Assembly: GCA_046598045.1 (NCBI GenBank)
Contig: JBKJJJ010000077.1
Location: forward strand, 1 to 47,537
Reading direction: 5' to 3'
From: Candidatus Eiseniibacteriota bacterium
GTDB taxonomy: Bacteria; Eisenbacteria; RBG-16-71-46; DASYSL01
DNA: 47,537 nt
Position numbers and translations under genes: made by a program. Below are positions 8,961 through 17,790 of the stretch, one piece after another. Numbering within the stretch: position 1 is the stretch's first letter; every line of letters begins with the position of its first letter. The notes beneath the pieces were generated by a model. The model was not told the origin of the DNA and did not search any database. It saw nothing but the letters and a program-made list of their open reading frames with translations.

Positions 8961-9989
8961 CTACCGGCGGTAGAGGACCTTGAGCAGCCCCCAGGAGGTT
9001 GATGCAGCCGGGACGGAGGGGGAAGTGAACTTCTGGATGCGGGAATTGCCGGTGTCGCTGACGTAGAGCGCGCCCCCCTCGCCGATGGCCACATCAGCGA
9101 TGGCGCTGAACTGAGCCGGCCCCGAACCGTACGCCCCCCAGAAGACCACGCACGCGCCGTCGGGCATCAGGAGATGCACCCGTGGGCGGATCGCATTATC
9201 GCTCGCAAAGACGTGGCCGTCCGCATCCACCGCCACGCCATGGACATCGTGAAACTTTCCACACGCATCCTCGACCGACGAACTGGCAAACGAACCGATC
9301 GTGGCCTCGTACAACCCCGCCGCACTGAATTTTTCGATCCGCCCGTTTCCGTTGTCGACAACGTAGACGTCGCCGGCTGCGTCGACCGTGAGGTAGAGCA
9401 GCTTCTCGAACTGGCCGGGGCCACTGCCACGCGATCCCCATTCGTTCAGGAGGCCGCCGTCGGCGGCAAACCGGCGAACGCGGACCGGAGCGGCGATGCC
9501 GCCGTTCCCGATCTCGGTCGTGTACACCGATCCATCCGGACCCAAGGCAATTCCGAACAGGCCCTGAAATGTGATCCCACCGGACGCCGCATTCGGCCAG
9601 GACCCGAGCAACGCGCCACCTGCGTCAATCACGGTGACCTGGCTTCCATCCGCAATATAGAGAATGCCCGAACCGCTCACGGCCACGTCGCTCGGAAAGG
9701 AGATTGTCGCGCCCGAGCTCGCTGCATCGATGACTGAGAGAAGGTTGCCGTTGGCATCGAATTTCTGCACGCGATGGTTCGACGTGTCCGCAACGTATAC
9801 GTTTCCAGCGGCGTCGACGCCCAGGCCGGCCGGGTGATTGAACTGTCCGGGCGCCGCGCCCGCCGATCCCCACTGCACAGCAAATCCCTGGGCTTGCGCG
9901 CGATCCAGCCCGCCAAGTCCGAAGAGCAAGCTGATCGAGATCGGGAGGAGTGGGAGGGAGAGCGTAGGGAGGAGATTGCGAAGTGTCAT
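8961..9989 (-). CDS. Secreted NHL-repeat beta-propeller protein with a C-terminal SWGxLKxLYR tag
   Basis: Hydrophobic signal-like N-terminus; repeated G(S)xPGQF…VDAAGNVYVADTSNHRVQKF units; ends VPAASTSWGLLKVLYRR. Confidence 0.88.
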   Translation of the reverse strand: MTLRNLLPTLSLPLLPISISLLFGLGGLDRAQAQGFAVQWGSAGAAPGQFNHPAGLGVDAAGNVYVADTSNHRVQKFDANGNLLSVIDAASSGATISFPSDVAVSGSGILYIADGSQVTVIDAGGALLGSWPNAASGGITFQGLFGIALGPDGSVYTTEIGNGGIAAPVRVRRFAADGGLLNEWGSRGSGPGQFEKLLYLTVDAAGDVYVVDNGNGRIEKFSAAGLYEATIGSFASSSVEDACGKFHDVHGVAVDADGHVFASDNAIRPRVHLLMPDGACVVFWGAYGSGPAQFSAIADVAIGEGGALYVSDTGNSRIQKFTSPSVPAASTSWGLLKVLYRR

Positions 9990-10242
9990 TGTAGAGGATC
10001 CCCTGACAGCAATGAGAGGGCTCGAGAGTCCGGCGATTGCAGGTCGCATCAGCCCGCTGCAAGCTGCGGGGTCGCGCCCGCCGCCGGGAGTCGCGGTGCG
10101 GCGTGCGGCTTGCAGCGCGCGCGGGAGAACTCCCACCCTCCGCTCCGGCCCACAACCGCAAGATGATACACCCTCATGAGTCGCGGCCCGCGTGCAATGC
10201 GCGAGGCACGCTGATTCTTGCACCGTGCCGGGCCCTGCCGGC

Positions 10243-10259
10243 TGGCACGGTCGATGCCA
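10243..10259 (+). promoter_or_regulatory. Possible sigma54 (-24/-12) promoter, quasi-palindromic
   Basis: TGGCAC-GGTCG-ATGC on +; the reverse strand reads TGGCAT-CGACC-GTGC. Lies between two divergent secreted-protein genes. Confidence 0.4.
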
Positions 10260-10327
10260 CTTCCTGCCATGCCGGTGGGTCCGGAGTGCGCGCTGCGGAC
10301 CTTCCGATTGGCAGGAGGACACTCATC

Positions 10328-12412
10328 ATGGAACGGATGCCCCCCCCTCGCACGGCCTGGCTTGCCGGGATGGCGCCGCCGCTCGCGCTGCTCCTGGCGC
10401 TGACCCTTCCCGGCCGCGCGCAAGCGCAGCCGGGCGGTCCGAGCCCGGTGACCATCCACGTCGTCGACCAGAACGGGCAGGAACTCGCGGGGTCGGTCGT
10501 GCGGCTCGTGGGTTCGGGTCTCTCGTGGACGACGCCCGCGACGGCGACGTTCGACTTCGGCCCCCAATTGTTCAACATCGCGCCGGCGTTCCAGGGGGCG
10601 ATGCTCCCCGGCGGCTCGGCGCTCCCGACCGCCGCGAACGGGCTGTCGCGCGACGAGTTCATCTTCGTCGACGGATCGCCCGACCTCGTCATCGTGTGGC
10701 AGACCGCGCAGGTGGCGCTCGATGTCCGCGACCAGGGCAACAACCCGATCGCGGGCGGCGCCTGGGGCTTTGCCGGCGAGGGGGCGTTCTTCGCCTCCGG
10801 CACCGTGACCGCGCCGATCACCGACGAAGCCGTCTATCCGACCCTGCAGGGAGTTTCGCGCGATGGCTGGAACTTCGCCGCGCGCGCCGCGTTTGACGGC
10901 CAGGCCATCGACCTCACCCGTGCCGAGGCGCGCGAGGTGGGCGGGGCGACGACGGGCCTGACCTTCGAATGGCGCCAATCGACGTGCGCGATGGGAGTGG
11001 TCGACGCCGCGGGGGCCCCGATTCGTGGGGCCACGTGGACGATGTTCGGCCACACGTTCGCCGCCGGAGACGCCATCACCCTTCCCGCCACCGACGTCGC
11101 GCTCTACCCGACGCTCGGGGGCGCGCTGGCCGCGGGGATCCCGACGACCGTGTTCACCAACACCGCCGACGGCACGGGCAACGTGACGTTCTCGGTGCTG
11201 GCGGACGGCGCGCTCGCCCCGGCGTTCGCGCCGATCGGGAGCTCGTCCTACGGGCTGCGCTGCGGCGTGAGCCCGTTCCCGCCGATCACCACCGGCACGC
11301 TCGACGGCAGCGTGCTCGCCGATGGCGCACCCAAGGCCGGCGTCCTGGTCACGCTCACCGACGCGCTCGGGGCGAGCCGCAACGCGGTCAGCGACGCGGG
11401 CGGCGGCTTCGTGTTCGCGAACGTGGAGCAGGGCGCGGCCCTGGTGGTGATCTCGGTCCCGGCCGGTTTCCACGCGGTCAGCCCGGCGAGCGGCCAGCAG
11501 TCGGCGACCGTCGTGGCCGGCGGGTCGACCGCGGTCCAGTTCACGCTCGCGGCCGACTTGGCTCCGCCGACGGTGATCAACAACCCCGAGACCTGGAACT
11601 ACTGGCGCCGCGAAGTGCGCAACGCGCTGAGGAACAAGGGTCCGCGCAACGAGTCGTTCGCGGACATGAGCGAGAATTTCCCGCAGGCGATCTTCGCGCA
11701 GTTCGCGCAGGCGGCTTCGAACCCGGTCGTGGTCGAAGGCGTCACCCAGGTCGATCCGGACGGCGGCGGGCCGGCCGCGCCGCGGCGTCTCACGCTCACC
11801 GACATGGACGCCACGATCAACAAGCCGGGCCCGAACAGCGCGCTCGACGATGCGCGCCGCGAGCTGCTGGTGGTCCTGCTCAACGTGGTCAGCCACCGCT
11901 TGTCGCTCAACCTCGTGATCGACGCGCGGGGCACGACGCTCGACCAGGAGATCCACCGCCTCGCCGGCATGATCAACGACGGCGCGCGGGCGAACGACCG
12001 CTTGGCCGCGAACCAGGGCGCGCGCATCAACTCGGGTCGGGCGGGTGGTCGTCACGGCGGCTCGGGCCTGCATGGCGCCGGCGAGGCGCTGACCTACGGC
12101 GACCTCCCGGGTGAGGACGCGGCGCTGTCCGACGACGCGGCGGCGGGGGCGAACGCCCACACCACGCTCAACGCGACGCGCTCTGCGGATGCCGGCGTGC
12201 GCTTCACGATCGTGTTGCCCGCCGCGGGCACCGCGACGCTCGATCTCTATGACGTGACGGGCCGGCACGTGGCCCGGCTGTGGGAAGGCGACGCCCCGGC
12301 GGGTGTCACCGCCGTGACGTGGGCGCGAGGGAGCGCTCGGCCGGGCGTGTACTTCGCGCGGCTCCAGGCGGCGGACGGCATCCAGACGGCGAAGGTGGTC
12401 GTGGCCCAGTAG
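10328..12412 (+). CDS. Secreted beta-rich protein with a carboxypeptidase-regulatory-like (CnaB-type) domain and a C-terminal FlgD/T9SS-like domain
   Basis: AGGAGG RBS; signal peptide (…AQA|Q); about three internal repeats (VxDxxGxxxxG…); GTLDGSV…GVLVTL…DAGGGFVF domain; LDLYDVTGRHVARL…PGVYFARL…KVVV tail. Confidence 0.75.
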   Translation: MERMPPPRTAWLAGMAPPLALLLALTLPGRAQAQPGGPSPVTIHVVDQNGQELAGSVVRLVGSGLSWTTPATATFDFGPQLFNIAPAFQGAMLPGGSALPTAANGLSRDEFIFVDGSPDLVIVWQTAQVALDVRDQGNNPIAGGAWGFAGEGAFFASGTVTAPITDEAVYPTLQGVSRDGWNFAARAAFDGQAIDLTRAEAREVGGATTGLTFEWRQSTCAMGVVDAAGAPIRGATWTMFGHTFAAGDAITLPATDVALYPTLGGALAAGIPTTVFTNTADGTGNVTFSVLADGALAPAFAPIGSSSYGLRCGVSPFPPITTGTLDGSVLADGAPKAGVLVTLTDALGASRNAVSDAGGGFVFANVEQGAALVVISVPAGFHAVSPASGQQSATVVAGGSTAVQFTLAADLAPPTVINNPETWNYWRREVRNALRNKGPRNESFADMSENFPQAIFAQFAQAASNPVVVEGVTQVDPDGGGPAAPRRLTLTDMDATINKPGPNSALDDARRELLVVLLNVVSHRLSLNLVIDARGTTLDQEIHRLAGMINDGARANDRLAANQGARINSGRAGGRHGGSGLHGAGEALTYGDLPGEDAALSDDAAAGANAHTTLNATRSADAGVRFTIVLPAAGTATLDLYDVTGRHVARLWEGDAPAGVTAVTWARGSARPGVYFARLQAADGIQTAKVVVAQ

Positions 12413-12431
12413 ACGGTTGCGCTCGCGAACG

Positions 12432-12462
12432 GAAGGGGGGTGCGGGCTCGCACCTCCCCTTC
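12432..12462. terminator. Hairpin between convergent genes, probable terminator
   Basis: GAAGGGGGGTGCG-ggct-CGCACCTCCCCTTC stem-loop with one bulge. Confidence 0.6.
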
Positions 12463-12468
12463 ACGTAT

Positions 12469-13248
12469 TTAGAACTGGAGCGTGGCTCCCAGCGCGAGCG
12501 CTCCGTCGGACGGGTCCACGACCGGCGCGACCTGGAGCGCCAGGCGGTGGTTCCACTCGTGCCGCGCGATGCGCTCGAACTTCCCCGAGGCCCAGACGCC
12601 CAGCACCGCGCCCGCCGCGACGTCCGTCGGCCAGTGCTTGCGCTCGCGCACGCGCGACCACGCGGTCAACGCTGCCGCGGTGTAGGCCGCGCACGGCACC
12701 CAGGCCCCGCGGGTCTCGTGGTCAAGGCCGGCGGCGAGGCTGAACGCGATGCTGGCGTGCCCGGAGGGAAACGCGGAGTGCGAGGAGAACGGCTTGAAGC
12801 GCCCGGCATCGTCCGGCGACTCGTAGGGGCGCCAACGCCCGGCCGCAAACTTGGAGCCGCCCGCCAGGATCGCGGCGCTCGCCATGCCGCCCGCGATGCG
12901 CAGCGCGCTCGCGGAGAGGCCCGGCCGGTGGCCGATCCGCCCGGCAACATACGCGACGCCGAGCAGCGGCAGGCTGTAGACGGGATTGCCGAAGTGTTCC
13001 CCGAAGCGCGCGAGCCCGTCGCCGGAGTGCGCGGCGCTCCACTGCTCGCTGAGGTCCCGATCGGAGTGCCCCAGGATCGCCAGGCTGGCGCCGGTGAACA
13101 TCACCAGGCCGAGGTCGCCGAGGCCGAGCAGCGGCGCACGCGTCGCCGCCGTCGAATCGGCTGCCGGCCAGGCCCGGCCCGGCCGCGCGGTCGACGCGAG
13201 GATGCCGACGGCCAACAGCAGCGCAGCGAACCCGCGCGGGAGCCTCAC
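12469..13248 (-). CDS. PAP2-family phosphatase
   Basis: K…GRWRP, FPSGH and SRxxxxKHWPTDV motifs; GTGA overlap with the preA stop. Confidence 0.88.
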   Translation of the reverse strand: MRLPRGFAALLLAVGILASTARPGRAWPAADSTAATRAPLLGLGDLGLVMFTGASLAILGHSDRDLSEQWSAAHSGDGLARFGEHFGNPVYSLPLLGVAYVAGRIGHRPGLSASALRIAGGMASAAILAGGSKFAAGRWRPYESPDDAGRFKPFSSHSAFPSGHASIAFSLAAGLDHETRGAWVPCAAYTAAALTAWSRVRERKHWPTDVAAGAVLGVWASGKFERIARHEWNHRLALQVAPVVDPSDGALALGATLQF

Positions 13249-14558
13249 TCGCCGGTCGTGCTGCCGGCGTGGTGGGTGCCCGACGCCTCCCAGGCTGCGA
13301 GCGTCGAGCCCGTGCGCGCGACGCGCTGGCTCCAGGTCTCGGGCTGGGCTTCGGGGTTGTCGATGCGGGTCATCGTGATGCACTCGTCCACCGGGCACAC
13401 GAGCGAGCACAGGTTACAGCCCACGCAGCTCGCCTCGTCGACCACCGGGAACGCGCGCACGCCCGGCTGAACCGGACGGATGCACTGGTGCGCGCCGTCC
13501 TCGCACGCGATGTGGCACAGGTTGCACTGGATGCACTTGTCGGGGTTGATGCGCGCCACGACCTTGTAGTTGAGGTTGAGGTGCCCCCAGTCGGTGATGC
13601 GGTGCACGGCTTTGCCCTGGATGTCGGAGAGGCGTTGCAGGCCGCGCGCCTCGAGATACTGCGTCAGGCCGTCGACCAGGTCCTCGACCATGCGGAAGCC
13701 ATAGTGCATCGCCGCGGTGCAGACCTGGGTCGAGCTCGCGCCCAACGCGATGAACTCGACCGCGTCCTGCCAGCTCGCGATGCCGCCGATGCCCGAGATC
13801 GGAACGTTGACCTCCGGGTCCATCGCCAGTTGCGACAGCATGTGGAGCGCGATCGGCTTGACCGCCGGCCCGCAATAGCCTCCGTGCGACGACTTGCCGT
13901 CGACGTTCGGCGCGACCTCGAGCGTGTCGAGGTTCACGCCCATGATGCTGTTGATGGTGTTGATCAGCGAGAGCCCGTCGGCGCCGCCCTTGACCGCGGC
14001 GCGTGCCACGTAACGGATGTCCGCGACGTTGGGCGTGAGCTTGACCAGCACCGGAATGGTCGCGACCTCCTTGACCCAGGTCGTGATCTGGGCCGCGTAC
14101 TCGGGCACCTGGCCGACCGCCGCGCCCATGCCGCGCTCGCTCATGCCGTGCGGGCACCCGAAATTCAGCTCGATGCCGTCCGCGCCCGAGTCGTTCGCCT
14201 GCTTGACCACGTCGTGCCACACCTCGCGCTTGGACTCGACCATGAGCGATGCGATGACGGCGTGCTTCGGGTAGCGCTTCTTGACCTCGGCGATTTCCTT
14301 GAAGTTGACCGCCGGCGGACGATCGGTGATGAGCTCGATGTTGTTGAGCCCGACCATGCGCTGGCCGTTCAGGTGCAGCCCGCCGAGGCGCGAGGAGACG
14401 TTGACGATCGGCTCGCCGATGGTCTTCCAGACGGCGCCGCCCCAGCCGGCGTCGAACGCGCGCATGACCTGGTAGGCGGTGTTGGTCGGCGGGCCCGAGC
14501 CGAGCCAGAACGGGTTCGGGCTCTTGATGCCCGCGGTGTCCGAAGTGAGGTCGATCAT
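13245..14558 (-). CDS. preA: NAD-dependent dihydropyrimidine dehydrogenase subunit PreA
   Basis: NPFWLGSGPPT, GWGGAVWKT, GLNNIELITDR, LNFGCPHGMSERGMGAAVGQVPE and two C-terminal 4Fe-4S motifs; ATGA overlap with preT. Confidence 0.95.
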   Translation of the reverse strand: MIDLTSDTAGIKSPNPFWLGSGPPTNTAYQVMRAFDAGWGGAVWKTIGEPIVNVSSRLGGLHLNGQRMVGLNNIELITDRPPAVNFKEIAEVKKRYPKHAVIASLMVESKREVWHDVVKQANDSGADGIELNFGCPHGMSERGMGAAVGQVPEYAAQITTWVKEVATIPVLVKLTPNVADIRYVARAAVKGGADGLSLINTINSIMGVNLDTLEVAPNVDGKSSHGGYCGPAVKPIALHMLSQLAMDPEVNVPISGIGGIASWQDAVEFIALGASSTQVCTAAMHYGFRMVEDLVDGLTQYLEARGLQRLSDIQGKAVHRITDWGHLNLNYKVVARINPDKCIQCNLCHIACEDGAHQCIRPVQPGVRAFPVVDEASCVGCNLCSLVCPVDECITMTRIDNPEAQPETWSQRVARTGSTLAAWEASGTHHAGSTTGE

Positions 14559-16018
14559 GCGTGGACTCCTTGCGGCACGTACTCCGGCGAGGCGGATGCG
14601 GGACGAAGCGGAATTGGAGCGCCGAGGATGCGCGCCGTCGAGGCGCCCCCACGGGCGCGCAGGGCCGGGCCGCCGAGCTTCGCGTCGATGCCGACGGCAG
14701 CCCGCTTGCCGGCCTCGACCACGGCCACCACGGTGGCCTCGGCGCCGCCCTCGCCCGCGCAGTCGCCCGCGGCGAACACCTTGGGATGGGATGTCGCCCC
14801 GGTCCCGGGGTCGATCACGAAGCGGCCCGCCTTCGCGGCGAGCCCGAGCGGCGCGAGCCACTCGAAGCGGCCCTCCTGGCCGACCGCCTTGATCACCATG
14901 TCGACCGGCAGCGTGAACGTGCTGCCTTCGATCACCTCCGGACGCGCGCGCCCGTCGGGCCCGGGCGAGCCGAGCTTCATGCGCACGCACTCGAGCGCGG
15001 TGACGTGGCCGCTCTCGCCCAGGATGCGCACGGGCGCGGTGAGCCAGCGGAAGTTCACGCCGTCCATCTTCGCGAAGTCGTATTCGAACGCGTAGGCGGG
15101 CATCTCGGCGCGCGTGCGCCGATAGACGATCGACACCTCGTCCGCGCCCAGGCGCTTCGACGCGGTCGCCGCGTCGATCGCGGTGTTGCCGGCGCCGATC
15201 ACCGCCACGCGCCGCCCGATCGCGATGGTCTCGAGCGACTCGGTCTTGGTGCGCTCGATGAACTCGAGCGCGTCGAGCACCTCGGGCAACTCCTCGCCCG
15301 CGATGCCGAGTTGCGGCACTCGCCCAAGTCCCGCGCCGAGGAACACAGCGTCGAAGTCGGACAACAGTTTCTCGACCGGCACGTCCTGGCCGACACGCGT
15401 CTCGAGCACGAACTGCACCCCCGCCTGCTCCGCGAAGCGGGCCTCGGCGAGCGCGATCGCGACCGGCTCGCGGAAGGAGACGATGCCGAACGTGTCGAGC
15501 CCGCCCGGCTGGGGCTTGGCCTCGTAGCACGTGACCTCGTGGCCGAGCTGCCGCAGCGTGATCGCGCACGACAGCCCCGCGGGACCCGAGCCGATGACGG
15601 CGACCTTCTTGCCGATCGGCGCGCCCGGCGTGAACGGGGCCTCGCTCGAGAACGTCAGCCAGTCGGTCGCGTGGCGCTGCAGGCGGCCGATCGCGATCGG
15701 CTTGTGGTGGGCGCCGAGCACGCAATCGCCCTCGCACAGTTGCTCGACCGGGCACACGCGTGCGCAGCTCAGCCCGAGCGGATTCGAGGCCAGGATGACG
15801 CGGGCCGATCCGCGGACGTTGTCGGTGGCGACCTTCTTGATGAACGACGGAATGTCGATGTGGGTCGGGCATGCCCGCATGCATGGGGCGTCATAGCAAA
15901 AGAGGCAACGACCGGCCTCGGTCATTGCCTCCTGCTTCGTATAGGGCGGAATGACCTCCTCGAAGTTCTTCACGAGGTCGTCCGCGGGCAGGCGCTGCAT
16001 CTGCACGTCGTTTGGCAT
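14555..16018 (-). CDS. preT: Dihydropyrimidine dehydrogenase subunit PreT (GltD-like)
   Basis: EAGRCLFCYDAPCxxACPT, CARVCPVEQLCEGDC, GSGPAG and GAGNTAID motifs; coupled to preA. Confidence 0.92.
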   Translation of the reverse strand: MPNDVQMQRLPADDLVKNFEEVIPPYTKQEAMTEAGRCLFCYDAPCMRACPTHIDIPSFIKKVATDNVRGSARVILASNPLGLSCARVCPVEQLCEGDCVLGAHHKPIAIGRLQRHATDWLTFSSEAPFTPGAPIGKKVAVIGSGPAGLSCAITLRQLGHEVTCYEAKPQPGGLDTFGIVSFREPVAIALAEARFAEQAGVQFVLETRVGQDVPVEKLLSDFDAVFLGAGLGRVPQLGIAGEELPEVLDALEFIERTKTESLETIAIGRRVAVIGAGNTAIDAATASKRLGADEVSIVYRRTRAEMPAYAFEYDFAKMDGVNFRWLTAPVRILGESGHVTALECVRMKLGSPGPDGRARPEVIEGSTFTLPVDMVIKAVGQEGRFEWLAPLGLAAKAGRFVIDPGTGATSHPKVFAAGDCAGEGGAEATVVAVVEAGKRAAVGIDAKLGGPALRARGGASTARILGAPIPLRPASASPEYVPQGVHA

Positions 16019-16070
16019 GCCGGGGATACTAGGGGCACCCGCGGCAACTCACAAGTCCGCTGGTGGGCGG

Positions 16071-17189
16071 TCAGATCCCCCGGGCGACGCCCACGGGAGC
16101 GACGGCCAGCCGGTCGATCAGGCGCCGGGCCTCGGCAAAGCGCGCCGGATTCGAGGGCGCGCCCAGCACGACCGCGATCACTTCCCGCGTCGAGGTGGTG
16201 ACCCAGGTCGCCACGCAGTAACCCGCCTCGTTGATGAACCCGGTCTTGCCGGCCTTGACGTCGAAGACGCCGTAGCGGCACAGCCGGTTCGTATTCACCA
16301 GGTGATGGTCGCGCATCGAGGTCCGGAACGTGTAGTCCGGCAGCGTCGTGATGTGGGCGATCATCGGGTGCAGGCTCGCCGTCTTGAGGATCTGGGCGTA
16401 CTCCGATGCCGACGACACGTTCTGCTCCGACAGGCCGGTGAACTCGACGAAGTGCGTGTTCGTCAGGCCGAGCACCTGGGCCTTGCGGTTCATACGGGCC
16501 AGGTACTCCTCGGGCTCGATCCCCGAGTTGCGCACCAGCGAGCGCGTCGCGGCGTTGTCGGAGGAGAGCAGCGCGGAGTGGAGAAGGTCGCGCGTGGTGA
16601 GCACCTCGCCGGCGCGCAGCTGCGTCTTGCCCGAGCCTGCGAGATCCTCGCGCGAGACCATGACGCGCTTGCCGAGGTCCGGCTTGGACTCGAGATAGAC
16701 CATGGCGGTCATGAGCTTGGTGAGGCTCGCGATCGGCATCGGCGTCTCGGAATTCTTCGCGTACAGGACCTCGCCCGTCTGCGCGTCGATCAGCACCGCG
16801 GCGCGCGCGTTGACGTAGCCCGCGGGGCGCGCGACGCCATGGTGGCGACCGCGCGCGCTCCTGCGCACGGCGTTCTTGTGCACGATCCTCGACTTGTGGC
16901 GCGTGAGCTTGGTGCGCTGGACGGTCGTCGTCCGCTTGCGCGCGGTGGTCGTGGTGGTCTTGCGCCGGGCGGCTGTGCGGGTCGCGGTCTTGCGCGGAGC
17001 GGCCGTGGCCGCCTCTGCGATGGACACGCCCAGGGCCGAAGCGGCCTGGGTGGGCAGGCAGGGGAGCGCCCGTGCGACCCAATCCTCACCGGTGGTCAGG
17101 AGGAGGGTGGACAGAACGAGTCCGGACAGAGCCTTTCCCAGGCGCGACCGTGCGGGGGCCAGGGCGGGGGAAAGAGCGACTTGAATCAC
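16071..17189 (-). CDS. D-Ala-D-Ala endopeptidase/carboxypeptidase, peptidase S11 (PBP7-like)
   Basis: SLTK, SDN and KTG catalytic motifs (PIASLTKLMTAMV, LLSSDNAA, KTGFINEAGYC); basic Thr/Arg/Lys-rich N-terminal linker; GGGAGG ahead of the GTG. Confidence 0.9.
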   Translation of the reverse strand: MIQVALSPALAPARSRLGKALSGLVLSTLLLTTGEDWVARALPCLPTQAASALGVSIAEAATAAPRKTATRTAARRKTTTTTARKRTTTVQRTKLTRHKSRIVHKNAVRRSARGRHHGVARPAGYVNARAAVLIDAQTGEVLYAKNSETPMPIASLTKLMTAMVYLESKPDLGKRVMVSREDLAGSGKTQLRAGEVLTTRDLLHSALLSSDNAATRSLVRNSGIEPEEYLARMNRKAQVLGLTNTHFVEFTGLSEQNVSSASEYAQILKTASLHPMIAHITTLPDYTFRTSMRDHHLVNTNRLCRYGVFDVKAGKTGFINEAGYCVATWVTTSTREVIAVVLGAPSNPARFAEARRLIDRLAVAPVGVARGI

Positions 17190-17469
17190 GCAACCTCCCT
17201 TGCAAACGGAAGTAACGCCGACCGACCCGCTGGGCCCGGAGCGGCAATGCCGGATCCGGTCGCGGCGGGCGCGACGAGCATCGGTAACTCCATGTCATCC
17301 TTGAGCAATCCCCGGGCCAGCGCTGGGCTCCGCAGCCGTCGCCGGTGTTCCGACGGGCGGCCCGAGAATGCAGCGTCACCTGAGCCAGCCGCGGTCCCTC
17401 AGAAGCATCGAAGGTCGGCCCGGTAACACTTACATCGACTGTGCTCCCCTCCGGGCCCGGCGTCAACCC

Positions 17470-17503
17470 ACAAACGCGAAGGGGGAGCCGTCGTGGCTCC
17501 CCC
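17470..17503 (-). terminator. GC-rich hairpin with a weak U tail
   Basis: GGGGGAGCC-acgac-GGCTCCCCC followed by TTCGCGTTTG on the minus strand. Confidence 0.6.
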
Positions 17504-17790
17504 GTCCGTTGTGCTGAGCGATGCGGCCCCGGTGTTTCAGAACTGCGATGCGGCCCCCTTGCGGCTTGCTGCGAACGGCGATGCGACCCCCGTCGGATGA
17601 AACTCCTCCGAAGCGCGCCGGACAGCGCGCCTCGGAGGTGAAGAGGTGGGAGCGGAACCGTGCTCCGCTCCCGGCACCCCCGCGAGGTCGTGCGCCGCCA
17701 CGAGGGTGCTTGCAACAACTGGCTGTGCGACTGCCGCATCCTTGCGGCTTTCTTGAAGCGACCCCCTGCAGACCTGGCCTGATCGAGACC
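17470..17790 (-). ncRNA. Putative structured sRNA or long 3' UTR with repeated GGGG(C/U)CGC(AUCGC) motifs
   Basis: Several adjacent hairpins (17605-17638, 17648-17672, 17733-17748), three GGGGYCGCATCGC copies in 17518-17591 and a terminal hairpin; no convincing ORF. Confidence 0.35.

Noticed and set aside
17190..17340. c-di-GMP-I or c-di-AMP riboswitch before the peptidase
   Set aside because: Only a short GTTACCGATG resemblance; the conserved core motifs were not recognisable.
17463..17600. RiPP precursor with GRIA repeats (minus strand)
   Set aside because: No convincing start codon/RBS pairing and no modification enzymes nearby; an RNA-level explanation fits the hairpins better.
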